DNA of 55,414 nt from a virus (lineage: Duplodnaviria; Caudoviricetes). The position numbers and the translations under genes are program-made. Below, piece by piece: positions 54,556 through 55,414 of the stretch. The DNA lies in IMG/VR virus record IMGVR_UViG_3300020733_000020, positions 1 to 55,414 of that record. One strand, 5' to 3'. A model generated the notes under the pieces. It worked only from the letters and a program-made list of their open reading frames with translations. It did not search any database and was not told the DNA's origin. Every line of letters starts with the position of its first letter. The first letter of the stretch is position 1.

Positions 54556-54744
54556 TTATTCTACTTCCATTGTGTTCCACTCTTGTACTACAGCAAGCAT
54601 TTCTTCTTCTGTATTACATAGAACTTTGGCAGTTTTCCAATCGTCATCTTCATTGCGACCGCCTACTTCAACCATAAAACCGTTATCGTAACGATTGATA
54701 GTGATTGACTCATTTACTTTTGATAATTTGCTTAATTTAGACAT
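54556..54744 (-). CDS. Hypothetical protein
   Basis: 62-aa ORF with an AAGGAG SD. Confidence 0.7.
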   Translation of the reverse strand: MSKLSKLSKVNESITINRYDNGFMVEVGGRNEDDDWKTAKVLCNTEEEMLAVVQEWNTMEVE

Positions 54745-55414
54745 TTAGTTCTCCTTGATATTTTGCCTGGAATGGCTCTGCGTATTGCTGAATGTTATCA
54801 GCAATTTTTTTCATATCCCAAGCATTACAAAACTTGAGCATACGAATACCTACTTGATCTACTGTTTTTGGTTTTGCATTAGCTTCAATTGTTTCTCGAA
54901 TTTTAACTTTAACATCTTCTGGTTGTGCTGTTAGATCGCATAGTTGTACATTACGCTGATAATCTTCTAGGACTCTGTGTTCTTGCCCATTGTGATCAAC
55001 CCATCTCTGTAGCATGAGATTGTTCCACGCAAATCCTTTGGCTTTACGATCTTCGAACGCTTCAGTAAGACCAACTTTGTTTTTTGTACCTTTAGTACGC
55101 ACACCTGGATACGCCGAGAAGACATTATCACTGGTATCACCACGCATACATTTCTCGAAGAGCATCCATTCTGGATCTTGTGCTGGCTTTGGTTCTTTTG
55201 TTTTCTTGTCAATAACTGGTTTACCTTTAGCATCGAAAATACCTTTGTGTGTAATATGTAAATCACCTACACCGTTATATTGACTTACATTCGGGCCCAC
55301 TAATTGTGCAAAATCTCCATCTGTTGAAATAATAACATGCTTTGCATCTGGATGAGCTTGTATCCATCCTGCAATCAAATCATCAGCTTCTAGGTTTTCA
55401 TGACGCATTACAGT
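54737..55414 (-). CDS. T4 RNase H-like 5'-3' exonuclease (FEN family), partial (N-terminus beyond the window)
   Basis: EADDLIA; ISTDGDFAQL; GDTSDNV..AYPGV; the frame stays open to the right edge. Confidence 0.88.
   Translation of the reverse strand, partial: TVMRHENLEADDLIAGWIQAHPDAKHVIISTDGDFAQLVGPNVSQYNGVGDLHITHKGIFDAKGKPVIDKKTKEPKPAQDPEWMLFEKCMRGDTSDNVFSAYPGVRTKGTKNKVGLTEAFEDRKAKGFAWNNLMLQRWVDHNGQEHRVLEDYQRNVQLCDLTAQPEDVKVKIRETIEANAKPKTVDQVGIRMLKFCNAWDMKKIADNIQQYAEPFQAKYQGELNV

Noticed and set aside
1-55414. CRISPR array, tRNA genes, diversity-generating retroelement, transposase or integrase
   Set aside because: No regularly spaced repeats, cloverleafs, reverse transcriptase, adenine-variant repeat pair or recombinase motifs were seen.
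1-55414. Stop-codon reassignment, as in some jumbo phages
   Set aside because: The standard code gives full-length, tightly packed genes, including a 5494-aa ORF.

Overview
AT-rich segment of a large T4-like (jumbo) myophage genome, read in the standard code. Left arm: a partial minus-strand gene, then a gp26-like baseplate hub/chaperone gene with a probable programmed -1 frameshift extension. Next comes a ~450-nt, densely base-paired non-coding region directly behind a stand-alone GIY-YIG nuclease, which ends a minus-strand operon of gp55-like late sigma, gp47 (Mre11) and gp46 (Rad50). Centre (6.2-43.1 kb, + strand): a baseplate/tail module with gp48/54-, gp53-, hub-, gp5-, gp25- and gp6-like genes, a 5494-aa giant structural protein, and several tail-fibre paralogues. 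A cluster of four glycosyltransferase-like genes follows. Right arm (- strand): thyX, hypothetical genes, a MoxR-like AAA ATPase with a metallopeptidase-vWA partner, a 2OG-Fe(II) oxygenase-like gene and a partial T4 RNase H-like 5'-3' exonuclease. Consensus sigma70 promoters and TAAATA late-promoter motifs are visible. The best leads are the candidate large structured ncRNA coupled to the GIY-YIG nuclease, the T_TTT_TTC frameshift with a 13-bp stimulatory stem, and a nested 'matryoshka' repeat architecture in the giant protein. All protein calls come from motif recognition by eye; no database searches were run.
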